Shown piece after piece: positions 24,901-35,846 of a DNA stretch of 64,000 nt (positions within the stretch are counted from its first letter, which is position 1; each line of letters opens with the position of its first letter). Source of the DNA: Eledone cirrhosa. Taxonomy: Eukaryota. The notes beneath the pieces are model-generated. The model was not told the DNA's origin and searched no databases. It saw nothing but the letters and a program-made list of their open reading frames with translations. Made by a program: the position numbers and the translations under genes. Location of the stretch: assembly GCA_964016885.1 (NCBI GenBank), contig OZ024764.1:24800001-24864000 (forward strand), written 5' to 3'.

Positions 24901-26708
24901 CTACCTGTTCGGCTCCTGGGGAGCAGGTTGCACAATATCCATGGGCGTATTGGAGGGGTTGTTTGGTGGGGTGTTGTTCTGTGGTGGAGTGGGGGTGTTT
25001 GGTGAGGTGTGGGTGGGGAAACGTTTCAAGAGGACGCGGTTATAGGGTCGAGTACATGTTTTCCCCACGTCCTCAGGAAAGTTCTCTCTTAGTTTTGCAT
25101 AGGTGTCCATTGGGAGTCTTATCATTTTTAAATGCGGTTTGTTGGCCGCGCTTGCAAAGAATTGCCCTTCAGTTTCCACCGAAGGGTCTTTGTGTATTGT
25201 TTTTACTAGTTCTTTGTTATTTGTGTTAATGTATATATACTGTTTTATTTGTGTTGTGTTTGTTTGTTGTTCTTGTGTGTGCTTACGTTTTGTTGTATGT
25301 GTTATGTTTTGGGGTGGGGAGGATTTTGTTTGTTCTGTTTGTTTTGTTTTTGTTGGTGGTTGTGTGTTTGTTTCGTTTATGTTCGAGTGGTGCTTTCTTT
25401 TTTTCCTTTTTGCAGGTTGGAAGGGTTCCCCCTCTTCGTCACTAGATGCCGTTTGCGCTGGGTCCTCGTCCGTGCTGTCGGGTAGTGGTGTATTTTGGGG
25501 TTTTGTTATATGTGTGTGTGTTTTGGGAGTTGTTTTGGGTGGGGCCGTGTCTTGCGTTATTTTTCCGTGTTGTTTTTATTGTTGTTGTGGTGGTGGTGGC
25601 GGTGGTGGTGTGTGGGGTGTAGGCAAAAGAGCTTTTTTTTTTGTCAATTGAGGACAAGCAGCCCTTAGATGACCCCTGCTTGAACAGTAGTAACATATGG
25701 GCCTCCTACCCTCGGCTGAAATATATATAAATGTTTCTCCATCGAGGGACACCCTCTGTGGTATTCTAGCTATTCGTTCTGGTCTCATTTGGACCAGAAC
25801 CTCCACGCTCAAACCGCCGAAAACGTCTGTGGTGACTTCTCCTACTGAGAGGATTCCGTCCTCGTCTTCTAAAAATCCTGTTAGTACCCAGGAAATGCAT
25901 GCATTTGGCCGGATCCGGAGACCCTTATCTTCTGCGTTCTTTTCCCTAAATATGTGGGGAAAAATGTATGTAGCTTGGAAACAATTGGCGCCACAGAATA
26001 TTTCCTGGCCGTCAATTGATCCTTCATTAGGACCGTTATATTCCCATAGAGTGGCCCTTTTTGTATGAACGATATATCACTCCACACACTTTTTAGGACC
26101 AGCTCAATTTCTTTTTGGGATAATTGAGCTGGTTTCCTTGTTATGTTGGAAATTGTTCTGAAAGATATCGTTCTTAGTGTCATGTCTCTTTTGATTTCTT
26201 GTGGGGAGGTGATTGTGAAGTCTCCTCCTTCTTTGAAAGTTACATACTGTTTTGCTTCCTTCATCTTTTCTCTCAGAGTTGTAATGTCCAGTTGCTTGCA
26301 GGTCTGTATTTTCCGGACCGCCTGTGCAAAGGAGGCACCAGTAGTGGGTTTGCTTTGTTTGGTGTTATCGTTATTTTTTCCTTGGTTGGTGTTGTGACTA
26401 TTGCTGTTATTGTCGTTGTTGTTTTTGTCTGCGTTTATGTGACTTTCTGGGTTTTCACCCATTTTTACAAATTTTTCTTTTAATTCCGTATTCCATGTTT
26501 CTTTTGCAGAAGTGAGGAGGGAAGACTTAGAGCCTTGTGCTTCTAGCTTCTCTGCATCACCTTTCTTAGGGGGCGTGGCTTTCACGTTAGGATGAGATGT
26601 GAAAATTCCGTCCATTTCTATTAGTTTGCCGTAATAAATTTTTAACTGGAAAATTCGCTCCAAAAAGGGGCGAAAATAAATAAACTCAAAGTTTGACGAC
26701 CAAGGCAA
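24901..26708 (-). pseudogene. Tx1-like ORF1 (gag-like, CCHC knuckle), frameshifted
   Basis: CYYCSSRGHLRAAC in 25576-25812; split over ORFs 25881-26708, 25576-25812 and 24901-25179. Confidence 0.75.
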
Positions 26709-26962
26709 GGGGTTAACGTATATTACAGTATAAAAAAATTAATCAAAACTCACTTTTGAGTAAGTAAATCCGACTCGGTAGCCGAGCTTGTTCACATACG
26801 TCAACACACGTCTCTCGTATACGAGATGTTATGTGAGATATTATGTGAGGTAAAGCCTTTACTGTGAAAATACAATAGTATATATAGAGTAATGTAAATG
26901 TTATGGGAGATATTATGAGAGGTAAAGCCTTTAGTGTGACAATACAATAGTATATATAGAGT

Positions 26963-29900
26963 GGTTTCTTTATTTGCCACTAGGGCACAAAAGGTAGGGA
27001 CAGATACAAGGGGGGAAGTTTACATATAATTAACGAGTACAAAAATATAACAATGAAATAACAACAACAAACGAAGTCCTCAATAGGGAGGGGGCATTAA
27101 CATGGGTCGCACACACCCCAGAAAAAATGTGCAACCCTTCTCCTCAGGAGCACAAAGAGTAGGTGCTTCCCTCGTCTCCTCTTTTTCCTCTTCTTTCACC
27201 TACAGGCTGATATAGTGAGAAGACACATTCACTCTGGCCATTCTCCCTACTTTCACCCACCTTTCATAAAACTTGCTGGGGTAGAGCACCTCTCTCTCCA
27301 TTCTGATCCTTCTTTTAAAATGGTATTTGAAAAAGGGGACCAGTTGTTGGCCGGAGAGAAAGGTGTCTGACCTCAGCCCTTTCAGCCTCGTCCACCATAC
27401 AACTTCTTTAGCCATGGCTATCACACAGAGAAAAACCGCCTCTCCTTCGTTTTTGAAAGGGGGAGGCGGTTTGATCGTGACAATGGACTCGGTGGTCAAC
27501 CGGATTGGTCCCACCCTCGACAGTAGTCGTTCCACATAGCCCCACAGGTCAGCAATGCCTGGGCAGTGTACGAATGCGTGCGCAATGGTTTCGTCATCAT
27601 GCACGCATCTCGGACAGATCTTATTCAAAGGATCTCTACCCAGGCTCCCATGCCTGTGGAGCTTGTCTCGAACGGGTAGAGCCCCTCGGTAGCACTGCCA
27701 AGCCAGGGACTTTTGGAAGTTGTCCATTAGTCCATGGCCAAACGTCCTACCGAACAGACTGGCCAGTTCATCTTCCTCCATGCCTAGAGCTTCTCCGAGA
27801 GCATCGTCGCACCTGCTGCGTACCAACCCTCTATAGAATGTCGAGGTGGAGTCTCCACTGATTGCCGGGTCCGCTTTCCAGAGGGCCGTGAGCGCCTGGG
27901 CACATTCAATGTGCCAGTCGCCCACTTTTCTCGGTCTTTGCTTGACTCAGGATTGCAGCTCGGTGAGCGAGACGAGTCTGGGAAAGGCTCACCTCACAAA
28001 TGGGGCCCACAGCGGTTGACCGGTGAGGAATACCTGGAGGTGCCGTAGCCTTAATGCGTGTTTACGCATCTGTAGCCACGGCATCCCCAGCCCTCCTTTC
28101 GAAGGGTGTTGACAGCAGATGGATCTCCTCACCAAAGGGGTCCGCTTGTTCCAAAGAAATTGGAACAGCGCGCACTCCATTTTGGCGAGTCTTTTCACTG
28201 GGCAAGGCACGACGGTCAAGCGGTAGTAGATGACGGATGCTATATAAGTATTCGCCACCTCCGCTCGACCTTTCAGGCATAGTTTGCACAGGGCCCACTT
28301 CTGGCTGAGTGCAAACACCCTGGCCGTTACCTCGTTCCAGTTTTTCTCCACCTGGAGGTCTGGTCCGAACCAGACCCCAAGCAGCTTCACCCTGCCTCCG
28401 TCTAGCGTCCGACGACGTCGTTGGAGGGCATCGGTTTGCCTCTCCATGTTCCGAGTTGCAAACCGACGGACTTGTCCCGGTTCAGCTTGGCTCCTGTAAA
28501 CCTTTCATATTCCTCCAGTAAGGTGCCGATCTCACCGATTTGCGAGGTTTTCGACACCATTACTGTCACGTCATCGGCGTAGGCCGACGCCACTTTCTGC
28601 AATCCCGGTTCCAAAGGGATGCCCTGCAACCGCTCCAACTTCCGCAGTAGTGGCTCAAGAGCCAGCACATACAGAAGGGAGGAGAGAGGGCATCCCTGTC
28701 GGATGGATCGCATGATTTGGAACGGCTCCGAGAGGTGGCCGTTCATCTTGACGCTTGAGCAGACGTTGCTGCTGTGCATCGCAGCAATCCAACCCCTGAA
28801 AACGGGTCCGAAGCCTGCCGCCGCGAGCACCACATCCAGGTAACGATGGTCAACCCTATCGAAAGCTTTAGATTGATCCAAGTTGATCAGGGCCCCACCA
28901 AAGCCGGGTTCATTCCCTACCCTCTCTATGATGTATCGCATAAGGTGGAGATTGTCGTGAATGGACCTGGACGGGATTGCGCATGTCTGCGCTTCTCCCA
29001 CCAGGTTTCCAACGACAAGCGCCAACCTCTTCGCTAACACCTTGGCCAAAATCTTTAACTCTGTATTTAGCAGAGTTATGGGCCTGAAGTTACTTATGTC
29101 ATCCCCCTTGTTCTCATCCTTCCTCACCAGCGTAACTACGCCCTTGGTCACAGAACTGGGAATTCTCCCGTTCTGCTGCCAGTTGCAGTAGACCGCTTCG
29201 AGGATATCGGAGAACAAGTCCGGCATCGCTACATATAGCTCGTATGGTAGACCATCGAGACCCGGGGATTTGCGTTTGCCGCATTGGCTCAGTGCCGCCC
29301 CTATCTCAGCAGCTGAAAACGTCCTTTCGCAGGACTTCGCCTCCGCGTCCGAGAGGCGCGGCAGACCGTCGAGGTATGGATTGAAATCCATAGTCTCACC
29401 CGGCGCGCCGCCCCTCTCGAACAGTCGTGCAAAGTGCCGCTGAAAGGCCGCACACATCTGCCCAGGTTCAAGGATCACACGCCCATCCTGGTCCTTTAAA
29501 GACCGAATCGTGTACTTGTTCCCACTTTTTGCCTCTGTCACTCGGGCCCAGCTCACAGCTTTGGCTCCCTCATTACCCAGAGCACGTATTTTACTCCTGA
29601 CAACGCAGCCTTCATGCTTCACCTCAAAGAACTGGTCAAAGGCCATTCTTGATGCCAGCACGCCGGCTACATTGCCACTCCTAATCGCCTCTTCTACTCT
29701 ATCTACTAATTCCCTTTCCGTCTTGTTCCTATCCCTTGCTAATTCCTGACTAAAACCTATCGATTCTATTCTAATTGCTCTCTTAAGAGAGCTCCACCAC
29801 CTGTTGTTGACAATTGCCCCTGTCAAACTCTGCTTAACTAACGTGCTAATCCGTTTACTGTAAGCTTTGCTTCTCGGTAAGGACAAGTTCAGCTTCCAGT

Positions 29901-32580
29901 AACCGGGTCCCTGTCTATGGGTTCTATCAAGGTTGGCTCTGCAGGTCACTAACTTGTGATCCGAATAGTCAACCATGAACATTTTTGGACAGCTAAATGT
30001 GTCCCTATCCTTCTCTCTAACTAGGACCCTATCTAGGTACGACCTAGATGTTCCACTGCGATTGGTCCACGTCCATAGTGGTACAGTCGGAAAATCTAGT
30101 CGATATCTATCGGCCAGGTCAAATCGGCCGATTAACCTTTTGAGGCTCTTACACCCCCCTCTATTGGCACATGCCCCTACATAGTCCCAACGTGCATCCA
30201 GGATACCATTCCAGTCCCCCACTAAAAGCAAGGAGCGGGACGTTCCCAGAAAAGTTTCCAGACGTTGGAAGTATTCCGGCCGCGCTGCCCCAAAAGGCGC
30301 GTACACAGCAATTAGTCTAAGGGCTCCACTTTCACTACTGCCGACGTCTAAAACCACCAGTCGACCCTCCGGGTCCAAGTGCACCTTCTGTATGGCGAGG
30401 CCCAGGTGTTTTCGCAGCAGAACGACAACTCCACCCCCACCCCCCGGTTGACAGAGAGATGCGAAGATCTCAAAGTCGTCGAAGAGGGGCGCCAGTTGGT
30501 GCTCGCTGCTGATCCTGGACTCGCAAATAGCCATTACATCCATTCTATGCGACCTGAGATCGTTTAAAAGTTTGCCTTGTTTCCAAGACAGTCCCAGGCC
30601 GCGTACATTCAGACACCCAACTCTTATATCAGCCATGTTGGTTAAAAGAGGAAGGACCTACCTGTTCGGCTCCTGGGGAGCAGGTTGCACAATATCCATG
30701 GGCGTATTGGAGGGGTTGTTTGGTGGGGTGTTGTTCTGTGGTGGAGTGGGGGTGTTTGGTGAGGTGTGGGTGGGGAAACGTTTCAAGAGGACGCGGTTAT
30801 AGGGTCGAGTACATGTTTTCCCCACGTCCTCAGGAAAGTTCTCTCTTAGTTTTGCATAGGTGTCCATTGGGAGTCTTATCATTTTTAAATGCGGTTTGTT
30901 GGCCGCGCTTGCAAAGAATTGCCCTTCAGTTTCCACCGAAGGGTCTTTGTGTATTGTTTTTACTAGTTCTTTGTTATTTGTGTTAATGTATATATACTGT
31001 TTTATTTGTGTTGTGTTTGTTTGTTGTTCTTGTGTGTGCTTACGTTTTGTTGTATGTGTTATGTTTTGGGGTGGGGAGGATTTTGTTTGTTCTGTTTGTT
31101 TTGTTTTTGTTGGTGGTTGTGTGTTTGTTTCGTTTATGTTCGAGTGGTGCTTTCTTTTTTTCCTTTTTGCAGGTTGGAAGGGTTCCCCCTCTTCGTCACT
31201 AGATGCCGTTTGCGCTGGGTCCTCGTCCGTGCTGTCGGGTAGTGGTGTATTTTGGGGTTTTGTTATATGTGTGTGTGTTTTGGGAGTTGTTTTGGGTGGG
31301 GCCGTGTCTTGCGTTATTTTTCCGTGTTGTTTTTATTGTTGTTGTGGTGGTGGTGGCGGTGGTGGTGTGTGGGGTGTAGGCAAAAGAGCTTTTTTTTTTG
31401 TCAATTGAGGACAAGCAGCCCTTAGATGACCCCTGCTTGAACAGTAGTAACATATGGGCCTCCTACCCTCGGCTGAAATATATATAAATGTTTCTCCATC
31501 GAGGGACACCCTCTGTGGTATTCTAGCTATTCGTTCTGGTCTCATTTGGACCAGAACCTCCACGCTCAAACCGCCGAAAACGTCTGTGGTGACTTCTCCT
31601 ACTGAGAGGATTCCGTCCTCGTCTTCTAAAAATCCTGTTAGTACCCAGGAAATGCATGCATTTGGCCGGATCCGGAGACCCTTATCTTCTGCGTTCTTTT
31701 CCCTAAATATGTGGGGAAAAATGTATGTAGCTTGGAAACAATTGGCGCCACAGAATATTTCCTGGCCGTCAATTGATCCTTCATTAGGACCGTTATATTC
31801 CCATAGAGTGGCCCTTTTTGTATGAACGATATATCACTCCACACACTTTTTAGGACCAGCTCAATTTCTTTTTGGGATAATTGAGCTGGTTTCCTTGTTA
31901 TGTTGGAAATTGTTCTGAAAGATATCGTTCTTAGTGTCATGTCTCTTTTGATTTCTTGTGGGGAGGTGATTGTGAAGTCTCCTCCTTCTTTGAAAGTTAC
32001 ATACTGTTTTGCTTCCTTCATCTTTTCTCTCAGAGTTGTAATGTCCAGTTGCTTGCAGGTCTGTATTTTCCGGACCGCCTGTGCAAAGGAGGCACCAGTA
32101 GTGGGTTTGCTTTGTTTGGTGTTATCGTTATTTTTTCCTTGGTTGGTGTTGTGACTATTGCTGTTATTGTCGTTGTTGTTTTTGTCTGCGTTTATGTGAC
32201 TTTCTGGGTTTTCACCCATTTTTACAAATTTTTCTTTTAATTCCGTATTCCATGTTTCTTTTGCAGAAGTGAGGAGGGAAGACTTAGAGCCTTGTGCTTC
32301 TAGCTTCTCTGCATCACCTTTCTTAGGGGGCGTGGCTTTCACGTTAGGATGAGATGTGAAAATTCCGTCCATTTCTATTAGTTTGCCGTAATAAATTTTT
32401 AACTGGAAAATTCGCTCCAAAAAGGGGCGAAAATAAATAAACTCAAAGTTTGACGACCAAGGCAAGGGGTTAACGTATATTACAGTATAAAAAAATTAAT
32501 CAAAACTCACTTTTGAGTAAGTAAATCCGACTCGGTAGCCGAGCTTGTTCACATACGTCAACACACGTCTCTCGTATACG
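26963..32580 (-). mobile_element. L1/Tx1-like element, copy 2 (tandem duplicate, offset 5757 bp)
   Basis: All ORFs recur at +5757 with identical lesions; visible differences at 22954/28711 and 22989/28746. Confidence 0.92.
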
Positions 32581-32843
32581 AGATGTTATGTGAGATATTA
32601 TGTGAGGTAAAGCCTTTACTGTGAAAATACAATAGTATATATAGAGTAATGTAAATGTTATGTGAGATATTATGTGAGGTAAAACCTTTACTGTGAAAAT
32701 ACAATAGTATATATAGAGTAATGTAAATGTTATGTGAGATATTATGTGAGGTAAAGCCTTTACTGTGACAATACAATAGTATATATAGAGTAATGTAAAT
32801 GGTAAATGGTTAAAGTTCTCCACAGAAGTTAACAAGGACTTAC

Positions 32844-32868
32844 CAGAACTAATATCAATAATGACATA
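32844..32868 (-). CDS. Candidate 25-nt micro-exon (could start a signal peptide, MSLLILVL)
   Basis: TTCTTTACAG acceptor and CTG|GTAAGT donor; frame uncertain. Confidence 0.35.
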
Positions 32869-33091
32869 CTGTAAAGAATTGAACTATTAAAGAACTCCAG
32901 TGAAGACATTCTTCTCTTTTTTCAAATATATATATATACTAGCAGCTGAGCTAGTTGGCTTCGTTTATTAAAGATGTACCCGCTGGAAGGAGTGTTTCAG
33001 GACTCTGCCCCCACGACCCTCACAAGACCCGCTGGAAGGAGTGTTTGAGGACTCTGCCCCCACGACCCTCTCAGAAATAATAATAATTATT

Positions 33092-33310
33092 ATTATTTCT
33101 ACTATAGGCTCAAGTCCAGCAATTTTGGGAGAGTGGAAAGGCTATGAAATTGACCTCAGTTCATTACTGGTACTTTATTTTATCGCCCCCGAAAGGATGA
33201 AAGGCAAAGTTAACCTCGGCGGGATTTGAACTCAGATCATAAAGGGCCGTAACTCTATGCGTCAAAGCATGGTGTCCGACTCTCCACCGATACTGCCAAT
33301 CCACCGCCAA
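33092..33310 (-). mobile_element. SINE family B copy
   Basis: Homologous to 17714-17903. Confidence 0.8.
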
Positions 33311-33355
33311 TAATAATAATAATAATAATAATAAGATAAACAAGATAAACAATAA

Positions 33356-33703
33356 GATGGAGGCACATGGCTTAGTGGTTAGAGCACTGGGCTTGCAATC
33401 AAAAGGTTGTGAGTTCAATTCTCAGACCAGGTGATGTGTTGTTTCCTTGAGCAAGACACTTTATTTCACATTGCTCCAGTTTACTCAGCTGTAGAAATGA
33501 GATGATAGGGACCCCAGTCCCTATCATTCCACTGCAAAGTGGTCGTGGAGGTGCCACGGCAAAAAAAGTACCCAGCACTCACTGTAAATGAGGTTGGTGT
33601 TAGGAAGGGCATCCAGCTGTAGATATCAAGCCAGAATCAGTTCCCGTCCCACCCTTGCAAGCAGGGAATGGCGGACGTAAAAATGAAATGATGATGATGA
33701 TGA
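33356..33703 (+). mobile_element. Full-length SINE family A (tRNA head, central domains, RTE tail)
   Basis: Box A TGGCTTAGTGG, box B GAGTTCAATTC, TTGAGCAAGACACTT, AGGAAGGGCATCCAG, tail matching the RTE 3' end, (TGA)n. Confidence 0.85.
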
Positions 33704-33941
33704 AACAAGATTTGGAAGAATTTAATTAAAAAAATAATACTTTTTCATGATGGAGGTGTTTTGAGCATAAGTGAATAAAATTGTTCTTACATAAAAAATT
33801 ATGATGAAATGTTTTGGCAGGTTTTGTATCAAAAGGGTTAATGAAGAATTTGAGAGATTCAATAAAATTATTTCATTTCTAAGATACACTTCCGGCCAGC
33901 ATGGTATAGCCACATCAGACACCGGAATAGTTCCTTTATTT

Positions 33942-33980
33942 TCCTTGGAAGAAGAGATATTATTCTCGAAATATCAGGAC
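33942..33980 (+). ncRNA. Degenerate hammerhead-like motif related to 6022-6056
   Basis: TCCT-TGGAAGAA-GAGA TATTAT TCTC-GAAA-TA-TC-AGGA then AATAAA; core positions 3-4 are non-canonical. Confidence 0.35.
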
Positions 33981-34221
33981 ATGAATAAATTTAGGTAAAA
34001 AACAACCCCTGTTTGTTTCTTACGATTTTATTATTTTCCATCCAAACCTGCATTGTCATGGCTTTCAAACTTGGAATTTCTTCATACCATATACAATGCT
34101 TCAATATTGGAAGATTTTAATTTAAATAAGAACCCTTTAAAATGGATCATTTTGTTTAATAAAACCAGAGCCAGTTTCGGCCTGGTTGGTATAAAATTAT
34201 TAATAATCTATCTCTCTCTAT

Positions 34222-34420
34222 CTACGGCGGGTAAAATTCCCGAGATCCATGGACGAGTTCTCTCCAGCCGTCCCTCATTATCGCTGCCATGTCCTGCATC
34301 TCCAAGAGACCAGTGTTTGTCCTTAGGGCATCAACATATGTTAACCTTGGTTTTCCTCTGCCAGTGTATCCATGTAGGGGCTCCCACAGGAGCACTGAGT
34401 GCAGTGTCAACTCTGGATGT
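34222..34420 (-). mobile_element. RTE 3' fragment, same family as 10803-12491
   Basis: LLWEPLHG..GKPRLTYVDALRT..WRELVHGSREF. Confidence 0.85.
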
Positions 34421-34590
34421 TAATAATTTCATTACTTAACATATGGTACATTTAAAACAGGTGATTTTGTTGACCAGGATGCTATCAAAAGGGTTAATAT
34501 AAGGAATTAAACTATGAAATATGGAGTTTTCTATCACTGAACTAGGGGGCAGTTTCAGGCAGGTTTTGTATTAGGTGTTCACTTACTTAC

Positions 34591-34643
34591 CTGAGGTGGC
34601 CCAAAGGTAGAGAGGTACAACTACTGCTAGCATCTTCCCAGCC
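34591..34643 (-). CDS. Candidate 5' exon (MLAVVVPLYLWATS from 34633, or UTR/alternative frame)
   Basis: Consensus donor CAG|GTAAGT at 34590; ACACAG acceptor with upstream pyrimidine-rich tract; hydrophobic ATG-initiated frame. Confidence 0.4.
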
Positions 34644-34799
34644 CTGTGTTCATGTGAGGAGACACACACAGAAAGACAGGCAGGCATGCTGACAAACAGG
34701 TAAATAAATAGATGAGTGGACAGGTAAACAGGCGAGCAGGTACAGGTGTCATTTTTTATTTGATATTACCTGACAAACCACCTGTATGTATCCACTGCC

Positions 34800-35091
34800 T
34801 GTACACACATCCACACACATCCACACACATCCACACACATCCACACACATCCACACACATCCACACACATCCACACACATACAGACACACACAGACATGC
34901 ATATACATACAGATACACATACAGACGTAGAGACACTGTTTCACACATACAGACATGTACACACATATATTCACACACACATTCATACAGACACATACAG
35001 AGACACACACACATATACATACTGCATCTATAGATACAGACACACGCATGCATAGACACCACACACACACACACATACAGACACACACACA
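34800..35091. repeat. (CCACACACAT)n / (CA)n repeat
   Basis: Direct reading. Confidence 0.9.
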
Positions 35092-35182
35092 CCATCATCA
35101 GGTGGCCTCAGTCAAAATCAAATCAACAATTGATCTCCACATGGGTCTGTTGTTCATTGCCGTTGCCAAGTCCTGGAGATGA

Positions 35183-35778
35183 CATCGGGATAGGAGAGCT
35201 TGTGTCCCCTGTTATTAGTGACACTAGTGGGGACACAGCCTCAGAGGTGACACCAAGGCAGTAGCCAGTACATCAGGATAGGAGAGCTTGTGTCCCCTGT
35301 TATTAGTGACACTAGTGGGGACACAGCCTCAGAGGTGACACCATGGCAGTGGCCAGTACATCAGGATAGGAGAGCTTGTGTCCCCTGTTATTAGTGACAC
35401 TAATGGTGACACAGCCTCAGAGGTGACACCATGGCAGTGGCCAGTACATCAGGATAGGAGAGCTTGTGTCCCCTGTTATTAGTGACACTAGAGGTGACAC
35501 AGCCTCAGAGGTGACACCATGGCAGTAGCCAGTACATCAGGATAGGAGAGCTTGTGTCCCCTGTTATTAGTGACAGTAATGGTGACACAGCCTCAGAGGT
35601 GACACCATGGCAGTAGCCAGTACATCAGGATAGGAGAGCTTGTGTCCCCTGTTATTAGTGACAGTAATGGTGACACAGCCTCAGAGGTGACACCATGGCA
35701 GTAGCTAGTACATCAGGATAGGAGAGCTTGTGTCCCCTGTTATTAGAGACCCAGTGGTGATACAGCCTCAGAGGTGGC
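35183..35778. repeat. 88-bp tandem repeat, about 6.8 copies
   Basis: Unit CATCAGGATAGGAGAGCTTGTGTCCCCTGTTATTAGTGACACTAGTGGGGACACAGCCTCAGAGGTGACACCATGGCAGTAGCCAGTA. Confidence 0.92.
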
Positions 35779-35846
35779 AAGATAGCAAGTCTTACTCTCC
35801 TTTTACAACTGATATGGGTCGGAGGACGGCATATATCTTCCTCTAA

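Larger units (their letters stand above)
21206..26823 (-). mobile_element. L1/Tx1-like non-LTR retrotransposon, near full length, copy 1
   Basis: ORF1 region with zinc knuckle; ORF2 with APE endonuclease, RT and zf-RVT; 3' AATAAA near 21213. Confidence 0.92.

Noticed and set aside
33356-33430. tRNA gene
   Set aside because: Box A/B present but it continues into a multi-copy SINE body; no convincing cloverleaf
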